This document shows positions 46,651 through 57,860 of a stretch of DNA of 64,000 nucleotides, one piece after another. Made by a program: the position numbers and the translations under genes. A model generated the notes under the pieces. It was not told the origin of the DNA. It did not search any database and was given only the letters and a program-made list of their open reading frames with translations. Source of the DNA: a virus (Duplodnaviria > Caudoviricetes); IMG/VR virus record IMGVR_UViG_3300005662_000036, positions 1 through 64,000 of that record; one strand, given 5' to 3'. How positions within the stretch are numbered: the stretch's first letter is position 1; every line of letters starts with the position of its first letter.

Positions 46651-47190
46651 TTAACTTTTGGGCTTAAAGTTTCCTCCGCCAGGCTTTGAATCATCCCATT
46701 TATTCGAATTAGGAAGAACTGTGTTTGTGTTAGTTAAATTAAGTTCGGCGTTTATTTCGGGTTGTTCTGCCTTTATTTCTTCCGGTCCATGTACGTTGTT
46801 TTTTCTTCTAACACTATCAGGAACAGGACCTCTATTTATTCCATCACTGATTACTTCAACAACTTCAAAAGGAACAGTCATCGGATTTCTATATAAGCCT
46901 GGAGCATATTCAATATAAATATCAAGAAATACACCATCAGGAGCTGAAAATCCGCATTGAAAATTGTAGCTAGACGTCGGATATACACTTTTAATAGCAC
47001 CAACTCTCAAATTTAAGTCAAACGTTGGTTCCATACAAGCTTTTATTATCTCTTGATAGGATGGAGCTCTACTAGAGATATATTGATGTTTTAAAGCATC
47101 TGATTTAAATTTAATGCGATCACCAACAATAATTCCCCCAGTCTCGAAGCGTTCAAGCTCTCGTTCATATAAGACATCGAATTGTTTCAT
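46651..47190 (-). CDS. hypothetical late protein
   Basis: 179 aa starting MKQFDVLYERELERFE; - strand TAAATA 6 nt upstream. Confidence 0.7.
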   Translation of the reverse strand: MKQFDVLYERELERFETGGIIVGDRIKFKSDALKHQYISSRAPSYQEIIKACMEPTFDLNLRVGAIKSVYPTSSYNFQCGFSAPDGVFLDIYIEYAPGLYRNPMTVPFEVVEVISDGINRGPVPDSVRRKNNVHGPEEIKAEQPEINAELNLTNTNTVLPNSNKWDDSKPGGGNFKPKS

Positions 47191-47196
47191 CTCTTT

Positions 47197-47250
47197 TATT
47201 TATGCAAACAACTCGAAAATTTCAAAACAAAAAAATCTCAAGCATAAATA
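47197..47250. promoter_or_regulatory. divergent pair of TAAATA late-promoter-like motifs
   Basis: - strand at 47202-47197 (6 nt before 47190); + strand at 47245-47250 (5 nt before ATG 47256). Confidence 0.55.
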
Positions 47251-47255
47251 AATTT

Positions 47256-47738
47256 ATGGCGATTAAGATACCTGCTTTGCAAAAAATTGCAGACGACATT
47301 ACTACGAAGAAATTTATTTTTAAAGATCTGCATTTAGACATCAAAATGCAAGAGATTTTTGAAAAAACACTTCAAAAAAAAGTACAAAGCAATGATATAC
47401 AAGTAGACATTAACGAGAGAGCAATAAAAAACTCATTAAGAAATTTATTAACCACAAAACCAGGACAAAGGTTTTTGTTTCCTGAGTATGGTGTAGAATT
47501 GGAAGAATTTTTATTTGAAGCAATAACACAAGAAAACGGACAATTGATTGGCGAAAAAATAGTCACTGCAATAAAACAATATGAGCCTAGAATACGAGTT
47601 CAAACTTGTCAAGTAGTAGCAAGTCCCGACGAAAACCAATATGATATTACTATTATTATTTCAATGCCTGCATTTAGTTCAACAGTATCCATAAATACGT
47701 TATTAAATACTAAAACGCAATCTTTTTCTTTTGTTTAA
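47256..47738 (+). CDS. 25: baseplate wedge subunit gp25
   Basis: ATG 47256 preferred. FKDLHLD, AIKNSLRNLLTTKPGQRFLFPEYG, AIKQYEPRIRV. Confidence 0.9.
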   Translation: MAIKIPALQKIADDITTKKFIFKDLHLDIKMQEIFEKTLQKKVQSNDIQVDINERAIKNSLRNLLTTKPGQRFLFPEYGVELEEFLFEAITQENGQLIGEKIVTAIKQYEPRIRVQTCQVVASPDENQYDITIIISMPAFSSTVSINTLLNTKTQSFSFV

Positions 47739-47753
47739 AATTAAAGTAATAAA

Positions 47754-49595
47754 ATGGAACAAAACTATATCAACACACAACAACCACTAGACAAAACAGG
47801 CTATGTGGCTTTTGATGCAATTAGTTTGAGGAATTTAATTGTTGACAGACTCAATGAACAAGGAGTTTTTACAGATCAAAATTATATCGGCTCAAACTTA
47901 GCTGGTATTATTGATATTATTTCATATGCATTTAACACCTTGATGTTTTATTTAAACAAAACGAGTAACGAGTCCATTTTTACAGAGGCCCAGTTGTACG
48001 AAAATATAACAAGAATCGTTAAGCTGCTAGATTATAAACCTATAGGGTATCAAACTTCAACTTTATCGTTTGAAGTTTCAGCAAACGTAAAGCAAGCTTC
48101 TGATGTTTCGTATAATCCAGATTCGGATTTTCTAGTCGGGCAATTCTATACAATTCCGAGGTATTCGTATATTCTTATAGGCGGATTGCCCTTTAGTTTT
48201 GTTGAAGATATAACGTTTTCTCCTAGATCGGTTGGTATTGACAAACTTACAGATCTTTCTAATAGAAAGCTATTATTTCAGGGTTCGTTTAGAGAAAACC
48301 CTTTGTATGTATCACAAGGAGAAGAAAACGAAATAGTTACAATTGTTTCCTCTAATTTTTATATAGATCATTTTAATATAGACGTGTATGTGTTTGAACA
48401 AAAACAACAAGCATGGATTCAATACAAAAACGTACCAAGTCTTTACACAGAGCGTGCTTTTTCGAGGTCTTTTGAAAAAAGACTTAATGCTGAAAAATTA
48501 TACGATATCACATTTGGAGACGGGATCAACGGAAGAAAACTAGAAGAAGGAGATGTAGTAGCTATTTATTTTCTAGAAAGTTCTGGAGAAAACGGAGTAA
48601 TTGGACCTAATGTGTTATCTTCGGCTACTGGGTTTGTGTTTTCCACAAAAAATTTCGATCAAATTATTAATTCTTTAAATTTTGATGGTGCAAACTACAT
48701 TGTTCCTGCTCAGTTCAATAACTTCAAATTCAATAACGTTGCAGGATCAACTGTACCCAAAGATATCGAAACATCAGACAGTATAAGAAAAAACGCTCCG
48801 TTGAATTTTAAAAGCCAATATAGACTTGTTACTAAAAGTGATTATTCGAATTTTATTAAAACAAACTTCGATAATTTTATTAATGACGTTGTTGTCTTTT
48901 CGAATTGGGATTACACCGGAAAATATCTAAAATATTTTAATGACATGCAGGTGTCTCCGATGAAATTCCGTCAAATAACACTCAATCAAGTGCTGTATTC
49001 TGACAGTTGCAATTTTAATAATATTTATATATGTGCTGTTCCTCGAGTTTCCCCAGGTTCATCCCTTAAATATTTGCTTCCGGCTCAAAAAGAAGCAATA
49101 CTTTCTAATATGTCTTCTGTAAAAACCATGACATCCGAAGTTGTGTTTTTAGATCCGATTTATAAAGCTATTTCTTTTGGTGTTCGATCTACTAGGGAGA
49201 TTAACGTGAGTAGTCGAGCAACAACCTTTTTAAATGTATTCAAGCATGTTAATAGCAAGCGGAATTCGTTTTCAATTGCAAATGATGTTAAAAAAGCATT
49301 CGAGCAGTTTTTTAGTCCAGTTGATGCTAAAATTGGACGAAAATTAGGATATTCTTCTTTAATTAGTTCAATCTTAAGTATTGATGGGGTAGATAAAATT
49401 CAAACAAAACGAACAGACACAGGAGAAGTATACGATGGTTTGTCGTTGTATATGTGGAATCCTGTATTTTCTGATATAGATAAACAAATAGTAACTAACG
49501 ATCTTGCAATGAGAGAGTTTGAATTTTTTTACTTCGATCAACTACAAACTATAGCATCAAAAATTATTATTGTAGAAGATGCTATGTATAACTAA
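47754..49595 (+). CDS. 6: baseplate wedge subunit gp6
   Basis: FDAISLRNLI, DQNYIGSNLAGIIDIISY, ITFGDGINGRKL, ETSDSIRKNAP...QYRLVTKSDY. Confidence 0.9.
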   Translation: MEQNYINTQQPLDKTGYVAFDAISLRNLIVDRLNEQGVFTDQNYIGSNLAGIIDIISYAFNTLMFYLNKTSNESIFTEAQLYENITRIVKLLDYKPIGYQTSTLSFEVSANVKQASDVSYNPDSDFLVGQFYTIPRYSYILIGGLPFSFVEDITFSPRSVGIDKLTDLSNRKLLFQGSFRENPLYVSQGEENEIVTIVSSNFYIDHFNIDVYVFEQKQQAWIQYKNVPSLYTERAFSRSFEKRLNAEKLYDITFGDGINGRKLEEGDVVAIYFLESSGENGVIGPNVLSSATGFVFSTKNFDQIINSLNFDGANYIVPAQFNNFKFNNVAGSTVPKDIETSDSIRKNAPLNFKSQYRLVTKSDYSNFIKTNFDNFINDVVVFSNWDYTGKYLKYFNDMQVSPMKFRQITLNQVLYSDSCNFNNIYICAVPRVSPGSSLKYLLPAQKEAILSNMSSVKTMTSEVVFLDPIYKAISFGVRSTREINVSSRATTFLNVFKHVNSKRNSFSIANDVKKAFEQFFSPVDAKIGRKLGYSSLISSILSIDGVDKIQTKRTDTGEVYDGLSLYMWNPVFSDIDKQIVTNDLAMREFEFFYFDQLQTIASKIIIVEDAMYN

Positions 49596-49598
49596 CAA

Positions 49599-52500
49599 AT
49601 GCAATCACCAAGTCAATTTTCAATTTCTCCACAAACTAAAATAGGAGAAGCGTATTTAACAGAATTTGAAGTTGGAGCGTATTTTTCAAATTTTTACAAA
49701 AAATTCACTTGGGATTTTGGAGATGGCACCTTTGTTTATGATGTATCTGGTTTTAAGCATATCTACGACTTTCCTGGCATATATACTATTAGGCTATCAG
49801 CGTGGTCATCAGAAGGATTCTTAGTTTCTGATTATACTCAAGTTAAAGTAGAGTTTGCGTATGTAGATGATGTATTTTTTGCTAAAACTCCAAGCAATTA
49901 TGGTATTGCTGGACTACCGACACCAGAACCATTTGTTTTAAATGTAATTTCAAGTAAAATTAACGAGCCGGTTTCTTTAGTTTTCCAGGCTCAAAACACA
50001 AAATCCGTACCCTATGAGTCAGTTAGTCCAAAATGGAGACACATCACTCCTCATTGGAGATTTGTTGATGCTGATACAAATAAAATAATACAAAACCCAC
50101 ACGTTGTGCAAACAACTCCTATAGTAAAAAACGGGACAACCGTTGCTGTGTCTGGTACTGTGTCTTTTTATTATATTGATGACCTCTCAACCATTACAAA
50201 TAACAATCAAGAAACTAGCTGTCCTTTATTACTTTCGGTGACATTGAGCTCGTTGAATTTTACGTATCCGCTCGAGTCTACAAAATTTCCATATCACAGC
50301 TATGCAAATAGTGATATAACGAAGGCTAACATTTCTTGGCAAATAAACGACGTAATTCCAACTCAATTAAAAGTTTCAGAAAACTACCTTTCTGAGATTT
50401 ATCCGTTTAAGTGGTCAACGGTTCCAATTCCAGTCATGATTAATTCCATGTTTAATCCTAAAGATTTAGCTGGATTTACAAATTCATCTTTAAGCGGAAC
50501 TTGTAATGTGTTATCTTATCCTAAAACAAATTATTTGGGGTCGTTAAATTCAGTAAAATTAGTATTATCTGCAGAAGGTGGAGCTGTTATTCCTAGTGAT
50601 TTGTATACAGTAGAAGTTGAAGGAGTTTCTTATCATCCATTATCCGCTCCTTTGTTTTTTAAAAGAGAAGACAGCTTTAAAAATCTTCTTTGTGGTTATG
50701 TATTTACTACTTTGACTCCTTTAACTTCTTTTGACACGAATTTAGTAATTGCAGTTAGTACCGTGGCGGTCAACCAACTTTCTTCGACTAGTTCGTTCGG
50801 ACTTCCAACCGGAATACCAATCAATTCCAATGTTTATATTTCTAATCCCTCTTGCGGTTCGATAAGCAAAATCAACAGCGTTCTATATACTCAAGATCAA
50901 TGCTCGAATATTGCACATTATGATAAGTCAGAATCTTTATCATATACAAATCAAACAGTTTTTTCCGTTCCAATTTTACAAGAAGAAAATTTGTTTGTTT
51001 CTACATTGTCAGGAGAATCCGAAGTGTATGGAATGTCATATGATCCAATTAGAAATCGGTTATACGCAGCAGATGTTGATCAAGATACCATATTAATATT
51101 TAACGATAACAATATATTGTTGAATACAATTCAACTGTCTTCTTACACTAACTCCATTTATAATTCACCAGCTTTTATTGCTATAGATAGTGTCGGTTCT
51201 TTTTGGGTGTCTCTTTATAACAACCAAAGATTATTAAAGTTCGATTCAAATCTAAATTTTTTAGTTTCCGCCGTACCTTCTTCTACCGTAAGTTTGGAAG
51301 CTAGTGCTTTTGGAAGCTTTTTAATAAGTCCTCCCTTTGTTGAAGTTGATATACAAGGAAACGTGTGGGCTTGTTACTCTCATCCTTTAAGCAGCATGTT
51401 AGTAAAATTTGATGGAAATACTGGAAATGAGCTATTCAAGGTGAATAATTTTTCAGTTTCAAGTGTTCCGGTTGCTCTAGGTATTGATGTGAGTAATAAC
51501 GTTTGGGTTGCGTGTTATGATTCGAATGTTGTGCAATGCTATGAATCTCTTACTGGAGTTCTATTGTATGAAGTATCTCAGATATATCATCCAAGTTACT
51601 TGTCATTAGACAGACAAAGCCGGGTATGGTTCACACACGGCTATGATCTTTTAAGTGTGTTCGATTCAACGACAAATGTATTAAAAACGTGGAAATATAA
51701 TGCTTCGTCTAGAGATTTGGCTTCTAAAACAAACACTTACAACTCGGTTGATATACATGCAGCATTAACCGAAAATGAAATCTGGGGAGGATTAGCTGTT
51801 GATGCATACGATAAAATTTGGGCAATTGATTCGGATAATAACGTAGCTTTAGTTTTTTCAGCAGACGATCCAGAAAATACATGTATAACCATTGACGTGT
51901 TACCTAGACCAACTTTAAATCCGGTTATTATTGGTAGTTCGTCTTCAACTGTAACACTACTAAAAGTAAGATCTGCTCAAGCATCAGGCGATTGGACAGG
52001 AAATCGCTGGCTGCAAAAATTTGGAAACGCGTCTAATCAACTCGAAATTAGAGGTGTGTCTTCTCCGTTTAAAATTCACGATATAAATGCTTCTTATAAT
52101 ATTACAAAAGTTAATGAGGAATTTGATATGGGAGAATATCTGCATTCTCTTGCTTTGCCAGAAGCATTGAATAATAATACAGAACTTTTTGAAAATTTTT
52201 TGCCTGCAATAGTTGGAAATTCTAACCCAACTAAAGAGAGCATGGGGAGAATTGCTTACGAAAAAATAGCTAACTTTATTGACTCGCATGCAGATCTCAA
52301 CACAGCAAGCATTAAGCAGCTTTTATCATTTGCTGAACAAATGTCTGTTGAGACCAACGGATATGGAGTAGATTTTCCGATAGAAATTCTTAGGTTATTG
52401 GATTTGTTTTCTGTTGACAAGTTTTATTTAAGAGGCAGAAAGAATATAAATAAAGATTTTTTAAGTAAAGTTGGAGAAGAACTAACTCTTTCATCTATTA

Positions 52501-52850
52501 TTAGTGCTGGTCAATATATTGTATTGAGAGATCGTCTTTATCAAAATTACAATTTAGTGTTTGTAACTGAATTGACAGGAAACGTGTCTTGTTATCCACT
52601 CTCTAGTCTAGCTGTAAATGGAGCTAGAGAACCTTTGCTTGTTAACTATGATTTTTACGAGTATGTAAACGTAAGCGATGGATATAAATTTAACATAATT
52701 AACTGGGACTCTGAATTTACTAACTTTGATGGATTAACGGGAACTGACTTTTTTAATTTAACTTCTCAATCTGATTGGTATGGAGAGAACGGATTAGTTG
52801 AAATTATGTTTAATAATTTAATTACAAAGAGACTTTTCGATAAAATTTAA
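49599..52850 (+). CDS. large baseplate wedge protein (gp7 position) with PKD domain and NHL/Vgb-like beta-propeller
   Basis: FTWDFGDGT...HIYDFPGIYTIRL (PKD); blades AIDSVGSFWVS, VDIQGNVWAC, GIDVSNNVWVAC, LDRQSRVWFT, AVDAYDKIWAID; follows gp6. Confidence 0.65.
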   Translation: MQSPSQFSISPQTKIGEAYLTEFEVGAYFSNFYKKFTWDFGDGTFVYDVSGFKHIYDFPGIYTIRLSAWSSEGFLVSDYTQVKVEFAYVDDVFFAKTPSNYGIAGLPTPEPFVLNVISSKINEPVSLVFQAQNTKSVPYESVSPKWRHITPHWRFVDADTNKIIQNPHVVQTTPIVKNGTTVAVSGTVSFYYIDDLSTITNNNQETSCPLLLSVTLSSLNFTYPLESTKFPYHSYANSDITKANISWQINDVIPTQLKVSENYLSEIYPFKWSTVPIPVMINSMFNPKDLAGFTNSSLSGTCNVLSYPKTNYLGSLNSVKLVLSAEGGAVIPSDLYTVEVEGVSYHPLSAPLFFKREDSFKNLLCGYVFTTLTPLTSFDTNLVIAVSTVAVNQLSSTSSFGLPTGIPINSNVYISNPSCGSISKINSVLYTQDQCSNIAHYDKSESLSYTNQTVFSVPILQEENLFVSTLSGESEVYGMSYDPIRNRLYAADVDQDTILIFNDNNILLNTIQLSSYTNSIYNSPAFIAIDSVGSFWVSLYNNQRLLKFDSNLNFLVSAVPSSTVSLEASAFGSFLISPPFVEVDIQGNVWACYSHPLSSMLVKFDGNTGNELFKVNNFSVSSVPVALGIDVSNNVWVACYDSNVVQCYESLTGVLLYEVSQIYHPSYLSLDRQSRVWFTHGYDLLSVFDSTTNVLKTWKYNASSRDLASKTNTYNSVDIHAALTENEIWGGLAVDAYDKIWAIDSDNNVALVFSADDPENTCITIDVLPRPTLNPVIIGSSSSTVTLLKVRSAQASGDWTGNRWLQKFGNASNQLEIRGVSSPFKIHDINASYNITKVNEEFDMGEYLHSLALPEALNNNTELFENFLPAIVGNSNPTKESMGRIAYEKIANFIDSHADLNTASIKQLLSFAEQMSVETNGYGVDFPIEILRLLDLFSVDKFYLRGRKNINKDFLSKVGEELTLSSIISAGQYIVLRDRLYQNYNLVFVTELTGNVSCYPLSSLAVNGAREPLLVNYDFYEYVNVSDGYKFNIINWDSEFTNFDGLTGTDFFNLTSQSDWYGENGLVEIMFNNLITKRLFDKI

Positions 52851-52872
52851 AGTTTGTTTCTTGGTACTTGGA

Positions 52873-52880
52873 TATAAATA
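52873..52880 (+). promoter_or_regulatory. full T4-type late promoter TATAAATA
   Basis: Exact TATAAATA, 6 nt before GTG 52887. Confidence 0.65.
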
Positions 52881-52886
52881 ATCCAA

Positions 52887-55800
52887 GTGGAATCTGTTTA
52901 TCTCAATCAATTCATAAATTACAATAAAGAAGAGCAGCAAATCGATACAAACGAACCTTTGTCTTTTTTAGAATGGAAAAGACAAAAACCAGACTTAATC
53001 GAAAAGCAAGCTGCTGCTCATTATAATTTGTATGTGATAAATTGGTTTCAAAACAATAAACGAAAACCACTTTCAACTAAGTTTTTATTAAAACAAAAAT
53101 ATTTGTACTTGTTATTTCAGCTTCATGTTTTTTTTACAGAAGAAGAAAAACAAATATGGTATAACAAAATCAATTTTGCTGACGAAAGAGAATTGTTAAT
53201 TTCTATACCGTTCTTTGCTCGTAAATTAAAACAAATTGCTTTATATTATTTACATTTACGTAAAAAACTTAAAAACACCAAATTAAAATATAATCTTGCT
53301 GGTACTTCTTTTGGATTAGAACAAGAAATATACAATTTGTTTATTAGAACCTTTACTGATTTTAATAACGAAGCTCTTCCTAATTTATTAGAAACGTTAC
53401 CTTCTCTTTCAGGTATAAGAGATTCTTTAGTTGTACAAATCGAAGATATTTACGATGACGTAGATTATTTTGACAAATCAACAACTATTCCTATTTCAGG
53501 ATATTACAATTTATTTCATGCAGCCACTGAAAAGTTTTATCAAACTAAAGGAATCACTCTTTCTTCTTCTGAGTGGGTATTTTCAGCACTGAATGCTTCT
53601 TCCTCAGATTCGGTTGACTTGTTTGTCAGCCAATTGACTGGAGCGTTTTTAGAAGTTACTTCAGCTCTAGAATACGAAGAGTTTATCAAAAATTTTATTG
53701 CTGAAAATAAATTTTTAACATCGTTTGTAAAAACCTCAGCTTCTCCGGACGTAATTACGATTGATATACAGCAAGGAAACAACGCTTTTTATTATCCGTA
53801 CGGCTTCGTAGATCCTAGTATTTTATTTGAACGGCAAATAGTACCTGTTGCATTGAGTTCTATTACGCTGGAAGGTGCCACCGCAGGAAATAACCTCGAA
53901 ACGTCAGATACCATCTTTATTAAAAACGGAAACGAAGTCAGTGGAGCTTGGCTTTATTACAAACAATATGAAGACGTAACTGAAAATTTAAGAGCGTCTT
54001 TTGCTCAGAATGCAACTACTACTTTTGTTTTTCCGTTTCCCGGATACGGTTTGTCTGGTGAAGATCTCCCTTGGACTGGCAGAAGCGTAAAGTATACTCC
54101 AGGATTTAATTTTTTGACAAACGAAATGAAAACGTTAGTCAACAAAGAATATTGGACTTCACCTTTAGAAAATTCTAACATAGAGCCAATTTTGCTGAAT
54201 AACACAACGCTTATAAGTCAAAAAGCTACAGCAAACACAAATCCCAAATTTGCGGATCAAATAACAACATCTTTATGGAACGTTACAAATAATTTACTTC
54301 CTGCTGTTGACACAAATGGTTCGTGGTTATACAAATTTCTTAAAACTGCATGGCCAATAGGAAAAAAGTCTCCAAACGTTTTTTTATGGCCTTATCATAT
54401 TGTTGATCCCGAACAAGACGACATGTCTTATCTTTACAGTCAAATTTACATGAAAGATGTTTGTGACACTGTAAAGCTCAGCACATTGAATTTTTCGTTT
54501 GCTATTGCTGCTTCTTCTATTGAATTCGCTGACAAAATTTATAAGTTGCACAATTTTTCTGATGTTATTTCTCAAGCAACAGAATGCTGTTGGTTGTCTT
54601 CTTGTACAACCACTTTCAACGCAACAAAATATAAAACTTTTGGACAAAACGGTTTTTCTGCTTTGTTTGATTCGGAAAAGACAACGAGGTTTCTGTGGAC
54701 CGGACCTACAACCGACTTAAGCGCGGTATTTGTTCCCAATATTACTCACAAGCCTGAGTGTTACTTCTCAACAGCAAATCTTTCTTTAACCTCTAATTTA
54801 GAATGGGAAAAGTGTTCTTGCAAGCAAGTATATTACAGCCCTTTTGGACATCCAGGAAAAACTTTTGAAGAAAATAATGGTTTTGCGGATTTTATAGCAA
54901 AGGATGCAACAAATAATTTATTTGAATTTGATTTTGACTCTTGGAGAAGTACTACTAATTCGAGGTTTTGGTCCTCTCCTGATGTTGCTTGGTATAAAAC
55001 TAAAAAAACGATTGGGTGGGGTGGAGGCGAGTGGATATCAAACGTTCAATCAGGAGGAGCTCCTTTTAAATTAGAACCAGGTAAAACCTATTTTTACCGA
55101 AGAGCTGGTTCGAGATTAAATTCAAGCAGCTTTCCAGCTTACTCAGTAAATTATGATTTTGGATCAAAGCAAGCTAGATGGATTACAGCAAAGCAAAACG
55201 ATAGAGGAGAATGGGTTTCTTTTGGCGAGCCGTCTGCTATGAGTTTTAAACCTGGCGATTTTATAAAATATGAGAGAGCACAAAGTACTCAGTGTTGGTT
55301 GATGTCATCTCGTTTGGTAGAAGAGCAAAGCACAAATTATGGAAGTAAATGGAGTACGTTTGATTACATAGCTTCAGGCTCAGCTTTAGGTACAACATAT
55401 ATTAGTTGGCCAATGGAAGACAATCAAATGCTTTCAGATCCACAACTTCCTCCAGTAACTTTTTTTGATGTTGAAAAAATATATTTTTGGGAAATTCAAA
55501 ATTTGCAAAAACCTTGGCTAATTTCGAGATATTACAGCACGCAAGTTAATATAGATATACCAGGTATAACTGGATTTACTACAGCCACTACTCAAACTGT
55601 TGTTAGTAATAAAATGTCTTTTGCTTTTACTCCACCAGAGACAGGAACATACAAAATCACAGTATCAGCATCTGCAAAAGGTGTTGGAGATTTTTCTTTT
55701 ACTGACATACCTTTACTAACAGTAGTTCCTCCTTATAGAGAAGAAGAGCTGTTAGTTCCGTTTAATTTTCCTTCAAGCGGATTTTTGTTTGAAGAAACAT

Positions 55801-57860
55801 TAACTGGTTGGAATTATAATACAAATAAAGCTAAACCAAAAGCTCTTGGAGCGAAACCCTATTGGGCAGATTTATATCTTGACAAACAACTAGCTACTCG
55901 TTTTCGAGGAGTATTGTCGTGGGGATTTCCTTATAATTTTTTAGAAGATTATCTTCCTGATCATGCTCCTAGATTATCTTTATTACGTTTAAATTATGGA
56001 ACAATAGTAAAATATAAAAGACAGGGGTATGACTTGATTTGGAGCCAGCCTTTTATTTTTAAAAATTATTCCGGCACTTCTATTTGGTGTCAAATATCCT
56101 CAATTACCACACCAACGTCTAATTTATCTGCATTGTTTAATACTAAACGTATAGATGAACTAAATGTAATTCCTACTAAACTACCGACAGATATACTTTT
56201 GACCAATATCAAAAACAGTCTTCCGGTAGAAATTTATTACAACGCTCTTAACAGTTTTACATGGCCAATAACATCTGAAATACAGATAGAAACAACAAAC
56301 GAAAGCATTGAAACAGCATATGAATCACAAAATCCGTGGAATAATTTAAACAATCGGTTTTTTTCTACAATTGCGACGTTACCTGTATTAGAAGATCTGT
56401 ATTCTTTAGTAGATGTTGGTGGTTATTTTATTCCACAACATCTTGGTGCTTCTCAGTTTATCAATAAAGATTTTGAGCATTTTTTAAAAACCAACGATGC
56501 TTTTGAAAACGTTCTTGTAGAAGACACCAGCATTCATATAGGAGGCAGAGGAAGAACTAAACAAGATCAACCTACTATTTATGATTGGCAAGAACAAAAC
56601 CAATGGATGAAAGAACCTCCGTCTGCAGGAGTTAAATCAGGAGCAGTTAAAAGCGAATGGACAAAAACACTGCAAACGTTTTTGCCGTATGAAGAAAATT
56701 CCGAAGAAGTTTCTTTAGGATTAGTTACCCCATGGAGCAAAAATTCCCCATGGGGAGGAAAAGAAGGGGATGAGTGGATTGATACATTAAATCATCCAAA
56801 AAGTCTTACGGAAGTTCCTAACGTTTCAGCTTGGATTGACACACAAGTTCTTAAAAACAGCAATCAGATTGCTGATAATTGGATAACAGATATTTTTGGA
56901 AACCAGTATGCTCTTTACAAACAACTAACTAATATTGCTGTTGGAAACGCACCTAAAAAAACAGGTGAGTTGTGGGTTAAAACAAATTCAGGAAGAGTAT
57001 TGCCAGCATATAAAGCTTTGTCTGCGGTATTTAATGCATTCAAGTACGAATCTTTTTACTCTGAGTTAACAGGAAATGGAATTAAAACAGTTGACTGTTT
57101 TTTCGATACGATTTTATTTGAAACCGAAACATCTGTAGTACTATTTCAACTAGAGTATGATTACAACACAGAAGAAATAGGAATCAATGTAGACAATACA
57201 ATAATCGTTTCTGATTTGTACATTAAAAACTTACGTTTTGAACGTTCTTGGTTAACACCTAAAACCAAAACAATTGCTCTGCTGTTTACTGATTTCAACT
57301 CCAGCTCTTTTATTCCAACCATATACACATTAAATTTAGCAAACAGAGTATACGCTAGATCGTTTCCCATTACTCTTCAAGATTATACAGATATTTCGGC
57401 TGGATTATCTGGCATTTCGATTCATCAATTAGACAAAGCGGCATATTATTTTAATTCTTTACTACAAACCAGTTTAATAACGTACAAAGGTGTTGATAAA
57501 TTTAATAAGCTATTCTTTGTTGATTTTGAAATCGAACATCAAGAAAACCTTATTTTAAAAACAATCAATCGATTTATTGATACAACGTATTTACTAGACG
57601 TTCAATTTCCTCCTATTGTGGATGAAATGTTTTTTGAACCAATTCCGGTTACTACAGGATTCCCGTTTGTCATTAGTGTCACAGCATCAAACTCACCTTT
57701 GAATTATGAAATTTTAGGAACACCTCCATTTCCTATAACCGTTTCTCCAACTGGAATGTTTTCAGGGACTGTGTCTTTATCCGGACTATATTATGTTAAT
57801 TATAGAGTAATAAATCAGATTGGATATACTTCATATGGTTTGACAATAAATGCGACATGA
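52887..57860 (+). CDS. very large virion/baseplate structural protein
   Basis: 1657 aa; late promoter; Trp-rich beta-type sequence; Ig-like segment FAFTPPETGTYKITVSAS; C-terminal Ig-like segment. Confidence 0.6.
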   Translation: MESVYLNQFINYNKEEQQIDTNEPLSFLEWKRQKPDLIEKQAAAHYNLYVINWFQNNKRKPLSTKFLLKQKYLYLLFQLHVFFTEEEKQIWYNKINFADERELLISIPFFARKLKQIALYYLHLRKKLKNTKLKYNLAGTSFGLEQEIYNLFIRTFTDFNNEALPNLLETLPSLSGIRDSLVVQIEDIYDDVDYFDKSTTIPISGYYNLFHAATEKFYQTKGITLSSSEWVFSALNASSSDSVDLFVSQLTGAFLEVTSALEYEEFIKNFIAENKFLTSFVKTSASPDVITIDIQQGNNAFYYPYGFVDPSILFERQIVPVALSSITLEGATAGNNLETSDTIFIKNGNEVSGAWLYYKQYEDVTENLRASFAQNATTTFVFPFPGYGLSGEDLPWTGRSVKYTPGFNFLTNEMKTLVNKEYWTSPLENSNIEPILLNNTTLISQKATANTNPKFADQITTSLWNVTNNLLPAVDTNGSWLYKFLKTAWPIGKKSPNVFLWPYHIVDPEQDDMSYLYSQIYMKDVCDTVKLSTLNFSFAIAASSIEFADKIYKLHNFSDVISQATECCWLSSCTTTFNATKYKTFGQNGFSALFDSEKTTRFLWTGPTTDLSAVFVPNITHKPECYFSTANLSLTSNLEWEKCSCKQVYYSPFGHPGKTFEENNGFADFIAKDATNNLFEFDFDSWRSTTNSRFWSSPDVAWYKTKKTIGWGGGEWISNVQSGGAPFKLEPGKTYFYRRAGSRLNSSSFPAYSVNYDFGSKQARWITAKQNDRGEWVSFGEPSAMSFKPGDFIKYERAQSTQCWLMSSRLVEEQSTNYGSKWSTFDYIASGSALGTTYISWPMEDNQMLSDPQLPPVTFFDVEKIYFWEIQNLQKPWLISRYYSTQVNIDIPGITGFTTATTQTVVSNKMSFAFTPPETGTYKITVSASAKGVGDFSFTDIPLLTVVPPYREEELLVPFNFPSSGFLFEETLTGWNYNTNKAKPKALGAKPYWADLYLDKQLATRFRGVLSWGFPYNFLEDYLPDHAPRLSLLRLNYGTIVKYKRQGYDLIWSQPFIFKNYSGTSIWCQISSITTPTSNLSALFNTKRIDELNVIPTKLPTDILLTNIKNSLPVEIYYNALNSFTWPITSEIQIETTNESIETAYESQNPWNNLNNRFFSTIATLPVLEDLYSLVDVGGYFIPQHLGASQFINKDFEHFLKTNDAFENVLVEDTSIHIGGRGRTKQDQPTIYDWQEQNQWMKEPPSAGVKSGAVKSEWTKTLQTFLPYEENSEEVSLGLVTPWSKNSPWGGKEGDEWIDTLNHPKSLTEVPNVSAWIDTQVLKNSNQIADNWITDIFGNQYALYKQLTNIAVGNAPKKTGELWVKTNSGRVLPAYKALSAVFNAFKYESFYSELTGNGIKTVDCFFDTILFETETSVVLFQLEYDYNTEEIGINVDNTIIVSDLYIKNLRFERSWLTPKTKTIALLFTDFNSSSFIPTIYTLNLANRVYARSFPITLQDYTDISAGLSGISIHQLDKAAYYFNSLLQTSLITYKGVDKFNKLFFVDFEIEHQENLILKTINRFIDTTYLLDVQFPPIVDEMFFEPIPVTTGFPFVISVTASNSPLNYEILGTPPFPITVSPTGMFSGTVSLSGLYYVNYRVINQIGYTSYGLTINAT

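Noticed and set aside
47202-47255. ORF-track N-terminal extensions (also 1637, 5253, 18070, 22016, 22128, 24890, 30621, 39666)
   Set aside because: They overlap neighbouring genes or promoter motifs; downstream ATGs fit the TAAATA spacing or the end of the preceding gene better.
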